Source: Spirochaetales bacterium
Lineage (GTDB): Bacteria; Spirochaetota; Spirochaetia; Treponematales; Treponemataceae
Assembly: GCA_028725265.1 (NCBI GenBank)
Contig: JAQYSN010000039.1
Coordinates: 1-58,880, forward strand
Direction: 5' to 3'
DNA: 58,880 nt
Part shown: piece after piece, positions 17,571 through 27,892 of the stretch
Layout of the letters: every line of letters begins with the position of its first letter
Numbering within the stretch: position 1 is the first letter of the stretch
Notes under the pieces: generated by a model
The model's database searches: none
Told to the model about the DNA's origin: nothing
The model's input: the letters and a program-made list of their open reading frames with translations, nothing else
Program-made: the position numbers and the translations under genes

Positions 17571-20033
17571 ATGGAATTTACACAAGAACAAATGGACGCA
17601 CTCGTTGTCAACGAAGTTGCTATTATGAAAAAAATTGCGGAAGAATTGAGTATCCGCGTATCACAGGTCAGTGCAGTTATTTCGCTCGTGAACGAAGGCT
17701 GTACAATCCCATTCATTTCACGATATCGAAAGGAAGCGCACGGCTCTCTTGATGAAGTTCAGGTTCGAGACTGCGATCATCTTTTCAAAAGCTATACGAA
17801 TCTCGAAACACGTCGAATTGAAATCGTAAAAGGTATTTTTGCTCAGAACAAACTTTCTGAATCACTTTATCAGGCTGTTATGGGCGCAAAAACTATGACA
17901 GAGCTTGAAGATTTGTGGGCTCCGTTCAAGAAAAAGAAGAAGACTCGAGGTATGCTCGCTCAGGAGCGCGGATTGGAGCCACTTGCAGATTTTATGGCTG
18001 GCGAAAATGCAGATGCAGCTATCGAAAAAGAGGCTGAAAAATTCGTTAAGACTGATGCTGAGACCGAAGAACTCAACGTGCCTGACGTTCAAAGTGCATT
18101 GCAGGGAGCTCAGGATATTCTTGCAGAACGAACAAGCCAAGATAGCGAAAACCGAAGCTCCATTCATGACCTTTATATTAGAACAGGTTACATCAAAACG
18201 AAGGGAATCGTTCCAGAAGGACAGGATGCAGAGCAGGCTGAAAAAACTTCTACATACCAAATGTACTGGGATTACGAAGAGCCTTTGAATCAGATTAAGA
18301 GCCACAGAACTCTTGCAATTAACCGAGGTGAACGAGAAGGCGCACTTGAAGTCACGATTGATGTTGATGTAGATGCAGCAATCGCACAGCTGACAAAAAA
18401 GATTAAACCAGCAAACAAATATCACGCAGAAGCAATTGAAGATGGCGTTGTTCGCTTGCTTTCTCCTGCCGTAGTTCGAGAAATTCGAAGCGATTTGAGC
18501 GATGAAGCTGATGACCACGGAATTGGTGTATTCAGTGAAAACCTGAAAAACCTTTTGATGCAGCAGCCAATTAAGGGAACTCGCGTTTTGGGCGTTGACC
18601 CTGGAATCCGAACTGGTACGAAGTGCGCCGCTTTGGACGAAACGGGAAAATATCTCGGTAATTTCAAGATTTTCCAGGTGCAGGATCCACAGGATGCATA
18701 CAAACAGCTTGCAGATGCTATCGACGAATATGACATTCAGCTGGTTGCCGTAGGAAATGGAACGGGAAGTCATGAAGTTCAGGAAATCGTTGCTAAAGTT
18801 CTAGGTGAAAACTATTCAGACCAGAACGTTATGTATACTGTAGTTGATGAAAGCGGCGCTTCGGTTTATTCGGCTAGCGACACTGCTCGTGAAGAATTTC
18901 CTGATTTGGATTTGACCGTTCGAGGTGCAATCTCAATGGGACGTCGTTTGCAGGATCCTTTGGCAGAGCTCGTAAAAATCGACCCTAAGGCTATCGGTGT
19001 CGGTCTTTATCAGCACGATGTAAATCAGAAAAAACTCAGCGAAACTTTGGACGAAGTCGTTGGTTCTGTGGTTAACCAGGTCGGTGTAAACTTGAATACG
19101 GCAAGTTATCACCTTTTGAAATATGTTTCTGGAATCAGCGGAAGTTTGGCAAAGAAAATCGTTGCTTACCGCGATGCAAACGGAAAAATCAAAAGCCGCG
19201 AAGAACTAAAAGGAATCAGCGGAATGGGCGAAAAGACTTTCGAACAGTGTGCGGGCTTCCTCAAAATTCCGGAAAGTTCAAATCCTCTCGACAATACTTG
19301 GGTTCACCCAGAAAATTATGCCGTTGCTGATGAAATCTTGCCGCTTGTTAAATCTAAGGCTGGAGTTGATGAAAATACAAAGAAATCGCTTGAAGCAAAA
19401 TACAGCATCGGCGATACGACCATCAGTGACATAATTGATGAATTGAAAAAGCCAAACCGTGACCCTCGAGAAGAATTTCCTAAGCCAATCATGCAGAAGG
19501 GAATCGTAAATTTCGAAGACCTTAAAGAAGGCATGAAAGTTACAGGAAAAATCAAGAATGTAGTAGATTTTGGTGCTTTTGTTGATATCGGACTTCACGA
19601 AACGGGGCTTATCCATGTTAGCGAATTGAGCGATTCTTTCGTTTCTGATCCGATGGAAGTTGTAAAAGTCGGGGATATACACGAATTCACGATTATCGGT
19701 CTTGATACTGACAGACGACGAATCAGCCTTAGTCTTAAAAGTGATGCCGCATCTAGAATTGGACAGGGTGGAGGAAGCCGATCTAGTTCTGCTTCTGGTG
19801 CAGGTAGCGATAGTGGAGACGGCCGTGCTCGCGTAGTGGTTCGACCAAAGCGTGTCGGAGATGGCGGTTCTAATGGTGGAAACGGTGCTTCCCGAAGTGA
19901 TTTCAGGCAGGGCGGAAGGCCTTCAATCTCGCGACCTAACGGTGGAAATCGTGGTGGCTACGACAGAAACTACAGTTCAAGTTCTGACGACGGCACAACG
20001 TATAACCCATTCGCGGCATTACTCAAGAAATAA
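17571..20033 (+). CDS. tex: Tex-family transcription accessory protein (YqgF/HhH/S1) with a Gly/Ser/Arg-rich C-terminal tail
   Basis: 820 aa; N-terminal ...PFISRYRKE..., RuvC-like GVDPGIRTG, S1 domain GKIKNVVDFGAFVDIG, then a ~100-aa low-complexity RGG/SG tail. Confidence 0.9.
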   Translation: MEFTQEQMDALVVNEVAIMKKIAEELSIRVSQVSAVISLVNEGCTIPFISRYRKEAHGSLDEVQVRDCDHLFKSYTNLETRRIEIVKGIFAQNKLSESLYQAVMGAKTMTELEDLWAPFKKKKKTRGMLAQERGLEPLADFMAGENADAAIEKEAEKFVKTDAETEELNVPDVQSALQGAQDILAERTSQDSENRSSIHDLYIRTGYIKTKGIVPEGQDAEQAEKTSTYQMYWDYEEPLNQIKSHRTLAINRGEREGALEVTIDVDVDAAIAQLTKKIKPANKYHAEAIEDGVVRLLSPAVVREIRSDLSDEADDHGIGVFSENLKNLLMQQPIKGTRVLGVDPGIRTGTKCAALDETGKYLGNFKIFQVQDPQDAYKQLADAIDEYDIQLVAVGNGTGSHEVQEIVAKVLGENYSDQNVMYTVVDESGASVYSASDTAREEFPDLDLTVRGAISMGRRLQDPLAELVKIDPKAIGVGLYQHDVNQKKLSETLDEVVGSVVNQVGVNLNTASYHLLKYVSGISGSLAKKIVAYRDANGKIKSREELKGISGMGEKTFEQCAGFLKIPESSNPLDNTWVHPENYAVADEILPLVKSKAGVDENTKKSLEAKYSIGDTTISDIIDELKKPNRDPREEFPKPIMQKGIVNFEDLKEGMKVTGKIKNVVDFGAFVDIGLHETGLIHVSELSDSFVSDPMEVVKVGDIHEFTIIGLDTDRRRISLSLKSDAASRIGQGGGSRSSSASGAGSDSGDGRARVVVRPKRVGDGGSNGGNGASRSDFRQGGRPSISRPNGGNRGGYDRNYSSSSDDGTTYNPFAALLKK

Positions 20034-20146
20034 TGTAGCAAACAACGCATTTGCGGCTCTATTAAAAAAATAGACCCGCGTATAACGACTTTTGCTTCGT
20101 AAAACGTCGCATTCGCTGTATTACTTAAAAACTAATGCAGCAAACA
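20008..20146 (+). repeat. three degenerate tandem copies of the tex 3' terminus
   Basis: Unit 1 (20008-20044, containing the real stop) and unit 3 (20110-20146) are 31/37 identical. Unit 2 (20048-20073) is a shorter variant. Each encodes ..FA.LLK. followed by a stop. Confidence 0.6.
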
Positions 20147-20206
20147 TATATAAGAAAAATATTAACTTGACAGAATATAGTTTAGGTGTCAAACTTGTTC
20201 TGTATA

Positions 20207-20254
20207 AAAAGGTTTTGTCGGGGGGCTAAAAAACTCACTTGCAAAACCTTTTTT
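20207..20254 (+). terminator. hairpin with T-run between tex and the lipoprotein gene
   Basis: 11-bp perfect stem AAAAGGTTTTG/CAAAACCTTTT with a 24-nt loop, followed by TT. Confidence 0.5.
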
Positions 20255-20269
20255 ATCTAGGAGGTCGAT

Positions 20270-23203
20270 ATGAAAAAGATTATGTCGAACATAAAAATCC
20301 TTTCAATATTGTCACTTGTTTTTCTGTTCATTTTTACATCATGTGGCGATTTAGCTTTACCTTCAAAAGTCCAGGTTATCGCGAGCCCATCATATACTGT
20401 TCCGGCAGGTTCTGTAGGTTCAGAAACTTTTGTAAGTAAGCTAGATGAATTAATGAGCGAGGAAAAACTTTCATCGCTTTTCGGTGGTAATGAAAATATT
20501 GGAGTCTATAAATATATGACTTCGGCAGATGACGAAAATATGAGTTATCTTTTGAAATTTGGAATGTCCATCCCGCTTAGTTCTGCTGCAGGTGATGGAG
20601 ATATGAATATCGATGATTTATTGAATATCGATCTTCCATCAATCGGCTATGAAGATGACGGAACGACACTTTCGCCTTTGTTTGAGATTCCAGAGATTTC
20701 CCCAGAAATGAATATCGACCCAATCGAATTAACTTGGGAAGAGATTGGATCATCAGCAATAAATCCTATAGAAATGGATTTAAGTTCAGTTCCTGTTACT
20801 GTGGGTGGAGAATATACACTCGCCCCTGTAATCAGCTTATGTTCAGATTCAAGCGCAGGATCATTTGACTCGATAACATTTAGCTCTACAGAAGATTCTG
20901 TTGTAACGGTAAGTTTTAGCCAGCTTTCTGGAACGACGGCAACGGTCTCTGATTTTTGCTTCAAAAAAACAACAGGGGCAACAATAGGTACAGTAACTAA
21001 AGCAACTGCAGATCTTCTCTATAGTACAGAATCAGAGAGGCAGTGTTCTGTAAACTTAAAAGGCTGTACGTTACCGGAAGAGTTTATAATATCGATGAAG
21101 ATTACGCTTAAAGGAGCAAGCGGATCTTTGTCTGCAAGTCAGGATTTTAGTTCAATTAAAGTTGCGAAAGTAAATGGTTTTACTAAATCTGATTTATCAA
21201 TTAATTTTCCTAGCATGGATCCAATTTCTTTAGGTGATTCTCTTTCCTTCAAACAAGCAACTTTTGCAGGAACTGCAGGTGGAACAACTGGTGGAAAACT
21301 AGATGTTGCTTTGTCAGGCCTTCCAAGTGGAGTTACGCTTTCTACTTTTAAATTCAGTATGGAACAGGCAACTGACACTTCTGACGGTACCTATGATGGA
21401 TTTGCTATAAATGACTCAAATTCAAACAATGTTCTTACGGATACGGATGGGGACGGGACTTACACGCTCGGATTTGACGGACAGAATTTTAATTCGAAAC
21501 CTATTTCGTGCGGTGGTTCTCTAAGTGTTTCTGCATCGAATGCAACTATAGAGTTCCCTCTTACGATTACGCCAACTCCAAGGATGACGATTTCTAAATT
21601 TTCAAGCGTTAAGATTCTTGAAAGCACAATTAACAGTGCTATGGGAGGAACAGGCTTAAATCAAAGCATAGAACAAGAACTTGCAGGCATTCAGAACACT
21701 GTAAAGGCCATGTGGTTTGACAAGAGTTCACCTCAGAAAGGTTTTGGTATAAAAGTCGTTATGGAAAATGCTCTTCCTATGAACGTTTCTTTCAAGGTTG
21801 GTTCGAAAATATTGAATTTAACTAATGCCCCTTATAGTTTTCCGAAAGGTGCAACTACAACAGAATATATAATCACTCAAGCTTATGATTCACAATCTAA
21901 CGCTCTGGATCTTAGTTCACTATCAATTTACAGCGATGTAGACGGAGATGGAACTCCAAATCCAGTTTTTGATATTAATATGCAGATTGATTTAGGTGCA
22001 TCGGCTGGAGTAATTACTCTTAATGATGTTGTTCCTGGTTCTTCCTATGGAATGGGTGTTAAAATCGAACCTGTTTTGGACATAAAAGAAGTCAAAGTAG
22101 ATTTGTCTAGCCTTTCAGACGGGTCAAACCTTTCTTATGAGGGTTCTTTCCCTCAGCCTGCAGAAGATGGTAGCGCAGCAGAGCCAATCGATATCAGCAT
22201 GATAGGAAATATACTCGGTGACGATCTTGAAATAACAGGAACTGAAGTTTATGCCTATATTGATGACAAAGGATTGCTTGGAGAGAACACAATTGATGCA
22301 AAATTCGTTGCCAAGTATACCGAAACTGATTCGGAAGGCGCCGAAACAATCAAAGAGTTGTCGCTTATTGATGGAGCAGATGAAAATACGCATGTAAAAT
22401 CTATTGGTTTTAGTAAAGTCCCTTCTATCAGTGTAAATGATAAAGGCTATGTAGTTAAGACTTTTGATAGTGCAGACACTTCATTTTCTTCAACTGTATT
22501 TCCAACACTTTTGAATGCAGGTCCAAGTGACCTTAAGATTGATTACGAAATAGGTCTTGGTGCTGGTGGCAATGAAATGTGGCTTGATGTTAGCGAATTG
22601 ATGAATCGGGCCAGCAATCAGGATGAATCAACCGAACTTTCCGTTGATTTTGGAATTTTTATTGCCCTTCCAATTGAGTTGACGGTTAAACAGAATGAAA
22701 GCGGATATGCTGCCCTTGATATAATGGGTATTATTTCTAGCTTTAGTTCAACAGAAGAAGGTTCGGAAGGAGAATCTTCGGGAAGCGAAACGCAAGAAGA
22801 AAAAGACTTGCTTGGACGAGAAAGTGCAAGCACGGACAGTGTTTTGAATACGGTTTTGGATTATATCGAAAAAGTTGCCTTAAAAATTGATTATACGAAT
22901 AATACAGGTATGGCACTTAAGGTAGTAATTTCTGATACAAATGATGCCGCTCAGAAATTCGAAAAGGAATTGACTCTTGGAAAAGGTACTGGCACGATAG
23001 ATATTTCTTTGAATTCTACGGATGCCGAATATATGATGTCTACTTATCCGTTCTATCCGGATAAATTTGAGATACAGATTCCAGGAAGCAAAACTTCGGA
23101 TACAGTCTATAATATCAAGCGCGAGCTTGGATTCAATGTTTCGCTTTCAGCGTCTGTCGATGCAAAAGTTGATTACACACTTTCGTTCAATGGAACTAAT
23201 TAA
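20270..23203 (+). CDS. large surface lipoprotein, unknown function
   Basis: 977 aa; signal peptide with lipobox FTSCGD; Ser/Thr/Gly/Asp-rich and predicted beta-rich; no family recognised. Confidence 0.75.
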   Translation: MKKIMSNIKILSILSLVFLFIFTSCGDLALPSKVQVIASPSYTVPAGSVGSETFVSKLDELMSEEKLSSLFGGNENIGVYKYMTSADDENMSYLLKFGMSIPLSSAAGDGDMNIDDLLNIDLPSIGYEDDGTTLSPLFEIPEISPEMNIDPIELTWEEIGSSAINPIEMDLSSVPVTVGGEYTLAPVISLCSDSSAGSFDSITFSSTEDSVVTVSFSQLSGTTATVSDFCFKKTTGATIGTVTKATADLLYSTESERQCSVNLKGCTLPEEFIISMKITLKGASGSLSASQDFSSIKVAKVNGFTKSDLSINFPSMDPISLGDSLSFKQATFAGTAGGTTGGKLDVALSGLPSGVTLSTFKFSMEQATDTSDGTYDGFAINDSNSNNVLTDTDGDGTYTLGFDGQNFNSKPISCGGSLSVSASNATIEFPLTITPTPRMTISKFSSVKILESTINSAMGGTGLNQSIEQELAGIQNTVKAMWFDKSSPQKGFGIKVVMENALPMNVSFKVGSKILNLTNAPYSFPKGATTTEYIITQAYDSQSNALDLSSLSIYSDVDGDGTPNPVFDINMQIDLGASAGVITLNDVVPGSSYGMGVKIEPVLDIKEVKVDLSSLSDGSNLSYEGSFPQPAEDGSAAEPIDISMIGNILGDDLEITGTEVYAYIDDKGLLGENTIDAKFVAKYTETDSEGAETIKELSLIDGADENTHVKSIGFSKVPSISVNDKGYVVKTFDSADTSFSSTVFPTLLNAGPSDLKIDYEIGLGAGGNEMWLDVSELMNRASNQDESTELSVDFGIFIALPIELTVKQNESGYAALDIMGIISSFSSTEEGSEGESSGSETQEEKDLLGRESASTDSVLNTVLDYIEKVALKIDYTNNTGMALKVVISDTNDAAQKFEKELTLGKGTGTIDISLNSTDAEYMMSTYPFYPDKFEIQIPGSKTSDTVYNIKRELGFNVSLSASVDAKVDYTLSFNGTN

Positions 23204-23218
23204 GGAAGGAGGCAGAAT

Positions 23219-24529
23219 ATGAAAACAAAAATTTATAGTTTTATGAAAAAAGCAATTCTGGTTCTTCTGATTTTAGTTGTTTCATCTGGACTTGCTTTTG
23301 CAGAAAAAAGCGAAAAATCATCAAAAAAGAAAGATAAAGATGATAGAACATTTTTTGACAGATTTTGGGAATTGGGTGTAACGGCAGATGTCGGACTTGC
23401 AAATAATTATTTTGCTATCCTAGACTTTTTCCACGAAACAATCGTCATCGATATGGATAAGATGTATGAAACGATTGGATATAAGGGATTAACTCTAGAT
23501 GTCGGAGCTGAAGTACACATTTTTTCAAATATCCTGACGAAAAATTTTGAATTGGGCTTTGACATTGGTGTAGATCCGACGATTAATTTTGTTCTTTCGA
23601 AAGATACAATCGGATTGATATCAGAAGGAAATGGTTCAAAGATTGATCAGGAAATGTCTATTGGAGTTGGTGTTGCTACGGCAGCTTATTTAGACGTAGA
23701 TGTTCCGGTGATGTTTACTTTGGGCGATAAGTTAAAGTTCCATGTTACGCCTTCATATTTTATCCCGTTGATATATCTTCCATACACTGATGTTGCTGCT
23801 ACTGTTAAGATTAATTCAGATGGAACCGCACAGGTTTCGGCTGACCAAACTCTTGCAGTGTATTCAGCATTGCCTATTTATAATTATATAAATGGGGATA
23901 CAACAACTTTGGATTATTTTGATATCCTTTCAAAAGGTGGATTTGATATTACTGTAGCCGGTGAATTTGAATTTTTGGAAAACCTTTATCTAGGTGCTAG
24001 CGCGACAAATATTCCAATCGTACCTTCTCGATTGCAATCTAACTATGCTTATAAGGTAACAGTTGATTACAAGATGGAAAGTTCTCTTTTGGAAACGCTT
24101 ATTTCAGGCGGCTTTAATTCAGAATCCTTCCAGAATTGCTATAGCTATGAGCCTGTTGAAAGCGATGGTTCTACAATCAATGTTTTCAGGCCGCTAAAAT
24201 TCGGATTCTGGGCTGATTGGCGTGTTCTTGGCAACGATTTGTTGATTCTTACACCTTTTGTTCAGATGCGATTTTTGGATGCAACTGTCGGAAATGCAGT
24301 CGGATTTGGCTTTGACTATGCGTTAAAAGGTCTTTTGGATTTGAAGTTCTTCAGGACTTCACTCACATCAAGCTATGTTGATAACATTTTCAAGCAGGAA
24401 CTTGCTTTTGCATTTAACATTAGGTTCTTCGAACTCGACTTGGTTATTTCATCACAAGCTACGAGCTTTAGTAAAAGTTTTTGTGGTTCAGGTGTCGGCG
24501 TGGGTGTAGGAGTTATCCTAGGCTTCTAA
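23219..24529 (+). CDS. putative outer-membrane beta-barrel protein
   Basis: 436 aa; cleavable signal peptide (..GLAFA/EK), alternating amphipathic pattern, C-terminal aromatic residue (..VILGF); 15 nt after the lipoprotein gene. Confidence 0.65.
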   Translation: MKTKIYSFMKKAILVLLILVVSSGLAFAEKSEKSSKKKDKDDRTFFDRFWELGVTADVGLANNYFAILDFFHETIVIDMDKMYETIGYKGLTLDVGAEVHIFSNILTKNFELGFDIGVDPTINFVLSKDTIGLISEGNGSKIDQEMSIGVGVATAAYLDVDVPVMFTLGDKLKFHVTPSYFIPLIYLPYTDVAATVKINSDGTAQVSADQTLAVYSALPIYNYINGDTTTLDYFDILSKGGFDITVAGEFEFLENLYLGASATNIPIVPSRLQSNYAYKVTVDYKMESSLLETLISGGFNSESFQNCYSYEPVESDGSTINVFRPLKFGFWADWRVLGNDLLILTPFVQMRFLDATVGNAVGFGFDYALKGLLDLKFFRTSLTSSYVDNIFKQELAFAFNIRFFELDLVISSQATSFSKSFCGSGVGVGVGVILGF

Positions 24530-24536
24530 AAAGAAA

Positions 24537-24567
24537 GGGACTTCAAAAGGTGAAGTCCCTTTTTTTT
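24537..24567 (+). terminator. Rho-independent terminator
   Basis: GGGACTTCA/TGAAGTCCC stem followed by T8. Confidence 0.8.
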
Positions 24568-24668
24568 GCAGTAAAAAGTATCAACTTTTTACTGCGACTT
24601 TAGTGTATAAATTTTCGCAGCGTAGCGAGAAATATTTAAAATTTAATGTAGGTGCCATAGAGCACTTA
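24568..24668. terminator. two further strong hairpins in a convergent intergenic region
   Basis: 12-bp perfect stem GCAGTAAAAAGT/ACTTTTTACTGC (24568-24595), and a 13-bp stem TTAATGTAGGTGC/GCACTTACATTAA (24637-24668) adjacent to the stop of the minus-strand symporter gene. Confidence 0.45.
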
Positions 24669-24670
24669 CA

Positions 24671-25900
24671 TTAAATATATTTTCGAATTTCTTTATGTTC
24701 TATCATCTTGTTTTTAGAAGCGATTATGTAGGTGCCTAAAAGTGCGTTAACGGCATCGATTGAAGCTGCGATTGCACAAATCAGGGGGAAGGCTGGCTTT
24801 AACAAAAGATAACCAGCATCGAAACCTCGTCCGTACCAAGTACACAAAATTGTGATTGCGATGAAAGGTCCGCCAACTGGAATTGGGCTCAAGAGAAATG
24901 AAAGCAAGAACGAAAGAGCAATTATCCACATTACATCGGCAAAAGAAATACCCAAGCCGGAATAAGAACGCAATATCACGACAAAACTGATTGCTGTAAC
25001 GCAAGCAGAACCACCTCGCCCAAATGAGCTAAAGATAGGCAGACAGATGGAATTTAATCTTCGACGGATTCCAAAACTTTCTTTTGAGTGACGGATGTTT
25101 GTAACCAATGCCAAGTTTGAATCCATGCTGAAAAAGGCCGTCAGAACGGTTGCAATTGTTCCATAGAGTATTTTGAAAGGATGAAGTTCCTTGAAGGCAA
25201 AACGCAGAATCAAAGGATAGACAGCAAAAACTACGAAAACAAAAACCGAAAAGAGCATAAGTATAAAGCCTGTGTAAACTCCGGTTTTTACCATCGAAAC
25301 GAATTGAGTTGTCCAAGTTGCCGCTATTACGACCATGCCAAACGAGAGAATATCAACGAAGAAAGTCATCATCACATAAAAAACGTGCGACAAAGAATCA
25401 AACAAAGTATAGGCCGGTTTTGAAATGTTTTTATCTGATGAAAAACCTGCACCGATAAAAATTGCAAAAATAAAAACTGGCAGGAGGAAAGAGCCTTCCA
25501 AGAGTGACTGGAAACCAGAGAAAGGAAAAAGTTTTAGCAAATTTTCAGCAAGATTCAATCCCTGAGGAGATGTGACTTTTTCTACAGAAATCGGGATTCG
25601 TGGAAGTTTGAAAATCAAGGCTGGAATAATTCCAATGATAGTGAATGCAAGCGAAACCAAGGCTATGCTGATGAAAGTTTGGAGCAAAATTTTGTTTATC
25701 TTGTGCTCTTCACGAAGGTTGCAAATAGAAATTGCCATACTGAAAAAGAGCATCGGTATCAAGGTCCATCGACCAAAATGAATACAGAAATCTGTGAGGA
25801 CAGACACAATTTTTTGAATCACGGCGTTTTCGCTTGGTAAAAAAATGCCTGCGAGTACACCTAAAACACAACCAATAAGATACTTAATCCAAATCTTCAT
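24671..25900 (-). CDS. dicarboxylate/amino acid:cation symporter (DAACS family)
   Basis: About 409 aa from ATG 25900 (MKIWIKYLIGCVLGVLAGIFLP...); multi-TM with the typical DAACS N-terminus. The ORF-track start at 25948 is probably too far upstream. Confidence 0.8.
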   Translation of the reverse strand: MKIWIKYLIGCVLGVLAGIFLPSENAVIQKIVSVLTDFCIHFGRWTLIPMLFFSMAISICNLREEHKINKILLQTFISIALVSLAFTIIGIIPALIFKLPRIPISVEKVTSPQGLNLAENLLKLFPFSGFQSLLEGSFLLPVFIFAIFIGAGFSSDKNISKPAYTLFDSLSHVFYVMMTFFVDILSFGMVVIAATWTTQFVSMVKTGVYTGFILMLFSVFVFVVFAVYPLILRFAFKELHPFKILYGTIATVLTAFFSMDSNLALVTNIRHSKESFGIRRRLNSICLPIFSSFGRGGSACVTAISFVVILRSYSGLGISFADVMWIIALSFLLSFLLSPIPVGGPFIAITILCTWYGRGFDAGYLLLKPAFPLICAIAASIDAVNALLGTYIIASKNKMIEHKEIRKYI

Positions 25901-25936
25901 GGCTAAACAATAAACCATAATGACAATATTTTCAAC

Positions 25937-27064
25937 TTGTATTATCATTATAATATGTCCGTACTTTTCATGAGTCTTTTGCTCGTCGTCATAATTAATT
26001 TGCCAGTCGTTTTACGAACTTTTGTTCACTCTCACATTCACAACGCAAAACAAAACGATTATTTTACGATTCTGCCTTTTATCAGCTTTTGTATCTGCAT
26101 TTTTTTGATTTACGTTCACGGTATAACCTGGAGCATTTTAGGCGCATTAGTAATCACTTTGATAATTTTATTTACGAATATAGGCCGTTTTTATAAATTC
26201 TGCATTCATCTTAAAAGAACGGCATTTTCTCCTGGATTTATTGCTATCAGCGCAATTGAAACGGTTCTACTGTTAGGATATATGTGTGTCCTGTTTGTCT
26301 TTTTTCCAAGTTTTATCAACGTTGATATTTCCCAAAAAATCGTCTACATGGGCGATGCCAAAAATGGATATGTGGAAAAGGGTGCGGAATTTGCTCGAAC
26401 TTCAGCCAAGGTTTTAATCTATAGAAACGCTCACAATGATTTTGGTTTTGATAAGACGGATGAAGAAAAGATGGACGAAGAGTCTTCAGAAAATACAATT
26501 GATAGGCAGGAGGAAGAAAAACCTGTTGTGCTTTTTATATCTGACATTTTTGCTGACGAAGTTGATTCGATAGGAACTTTGGCTTATCTTGCAGAAAAAG
26601 GATATAGCGTTCATTCAATTACATTTTATGACAGAAAGTTGTCATATTTTGAGGATATGCGCGATGTCAGTTTTATTTCAAAAGCTGCTCTTAGAAATGA
26701 AAATAAGATAAATAAAGATGGATTTAAAGAAAAATATGACAGAATTGTCAAGTTTAATTATGACAAATATGACAGTGCAGTTTTAATTATGAACGATTTG
26801 GGCATCAATCAGTTTTATATTCTTGCGGATGGATATTGTATCCCAGCAGCCGAACAGCTTGCTGCAGTTTATCCTGACAAAGTTATCAACATTTATAAAA
26901 TAAATTCTGACAATGAAATCCCGGGGTATATTGACGGACACGGCAATCTTTCTGCAACAAAGCCTCTCGAATGGGCTTTTCTTGGCTATAAAATGAATCG
27001 TCGCTGGGATGATGCAAAACGAATAGCCTATTTTGCAAATAAAAAATTTACCAAATCAGAATAG
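25937..27064 (+). CDS. membrane protein with a C-terminal soluble domain, unknown function
   Basis: 375-aa ORF (the ATG at 25955 is also possible); 4-5 N-terminal TM helices, an acidic linker and a soluble C-terminal part. Confidence 0.55.
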   Translation: MYYHYNMSVLFMSLLLVVIINLPVVLRTFVHSHIHNAKQNDYFTILPFISFCICIFLIYVHGITWSILGALVITLIILFTNIGRFYKFCIHLKRTAFSPGFIAISAIETVLLLGYMCVLFVFFPSFINVDISQKIVYMGDAKNGYVEKGAEFARTSAKVLIYRNAHNDFGFDKTDEEKMDEESSENTIDRQEEEKPVVLFISDIFADEVDSIGTLAYLAEKGYSVHSITFYDRKLSYFEDMRDVSFISKAALRNENKINKDGFKEKYDRIVKFNYDKYDSAVLIMNDLGINQFYILADGYCIPAAEQLAAVYPDKVINIYKINSDNEIPGYIDGHGNLSATKPLEWAFLGYKMNRRWDDAKRIAYFANKKFTKSE

Positions 27065-27078
27065 AATCGGGGGAAAAT

Positions 27079-27849
27079 ATGACATTAAATCAGTTTGTTT
27101 CATATTTGGATGCGATACTTGAACCTGAGAACTTTGAATCGGATATTTCATTGAACGGTGTTCAGGTACAAAATTCAGACAAGGATGCTCCGATAAAAAA
27201 AATCGCTTTTGCGGTTGATGCTTGTTATGAAACGGCCCGTCAGGCAATTGAACACGGTGCGGATGTGCTTGTCGTTCATCATGGACTTTTTTGGGGAAAG
27301 CCTGTAGCAATTAATGGTCCTCACTATGATTTAATCAAACTGATGATTGAAAACAACCTTGCCCTCTATGCTTGCCACATCCCGCTTGATGCGAATAAAG
27401 AAGTCGGTAACAATTATGGGCTTGCACGAAAAATCGGGCTCTCAGAAGATTCTCTTAAAGGTTTTGGAAAATGGCGTGGGATGACGCTGGGTGTCAAAGG
27501 TTCGTTTGAAAATGCGCGCACAATTGATGAAATAAAAAGCTGTCTTTTTGGGTCAGGCGAGAAACCTCTTTCGGTTTTGCCTTTCGGAAAAAAACTTATA
27601 AAGACCGTTGGAATTATTTCGGGTGGTGCCTGGGAAGAATTAGATTATGCAATCGAAGAAAATCTTGATTTGTATATCACAGGAGAAGTAAGCCACCAAG
27701 TTTATCATCAGTGTCTTGAGAACAAAATAAACTTCATTGCTGGTGGTCATTATCAGACCGAAACGATGGGAGTTTCGCTTTTGAAAAATCTTGTCGAAGA
27801 AGAAACAAATCTCGAAACTGTCTTTATTGACGTTCCAACAGGGTTATAA
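27079..27849 (+). CDS. Nif3-like dinuclear metal centre protein (YbgI/NIF3 family)
   Basis: 256 aa; NGVQV...VVHHGLFWG...GGHYQTE pattern. Confidence 0.85.
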   Translation: MTLNQFVSYLDAILEPENFESDISLNGVQVQNSDKDAPIKKIAFAVDACYETARQAIEHGADVLVVHHGLFWGKPVAINGPHYDLIKLMIENNLALYACHIPLDANKEVGNNYGLARKIGLSEDSLKGFGKWRGMTLGVKGSFENARTIDEIKSCLFGSGEKPLSVLPFGKKLIKTVGIISGGAWEELDYAIEENLDLYITGEVSHQVYHQCLENKINFIAGGHYQTETMGVSLLKNLVEEETNLETVFIDVPTGL

Positions 27850-27892
27850 CGAAAAAATTAAAACTAAGATTGTTGTTGCACAGCTGACAACA

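Noticed and set aside
17862-18773. 303-aa ORF antisense to tex (and similar antisense or out-of-frame ORFs inside PFOR, htpG, feoB, hisB, DUF1015, mod/res and the lipoprotein gene)
   Set aside because: Each lies entirely within a gene that has strong family motifs on the other strand or frame. The translations are low-complexity or Cys/Phe/Leu-rich, as is typical of spurious frames, and none has a convincing RBS.
24481-24529. GVGVGVGV C-terminal repeat of the beta-barrel candidate as a slippage-prone DNA repeat
   Set aside because: The codons differ (ggtgtcggcgtgggtgtaggagtt), so there is no perfect DNA repeat and phase variation is unlikely.
24537-24668. Runs of strong hairpins in convergent intergenic regions (also 27893-27999 and 54287-54538) considered as CRISPR-like or REP arrays
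   Set aside because: The stems are all different in sequence and have no regular spacing or shared repeat unit. They are consistent with ordinary bidirectional terminators.
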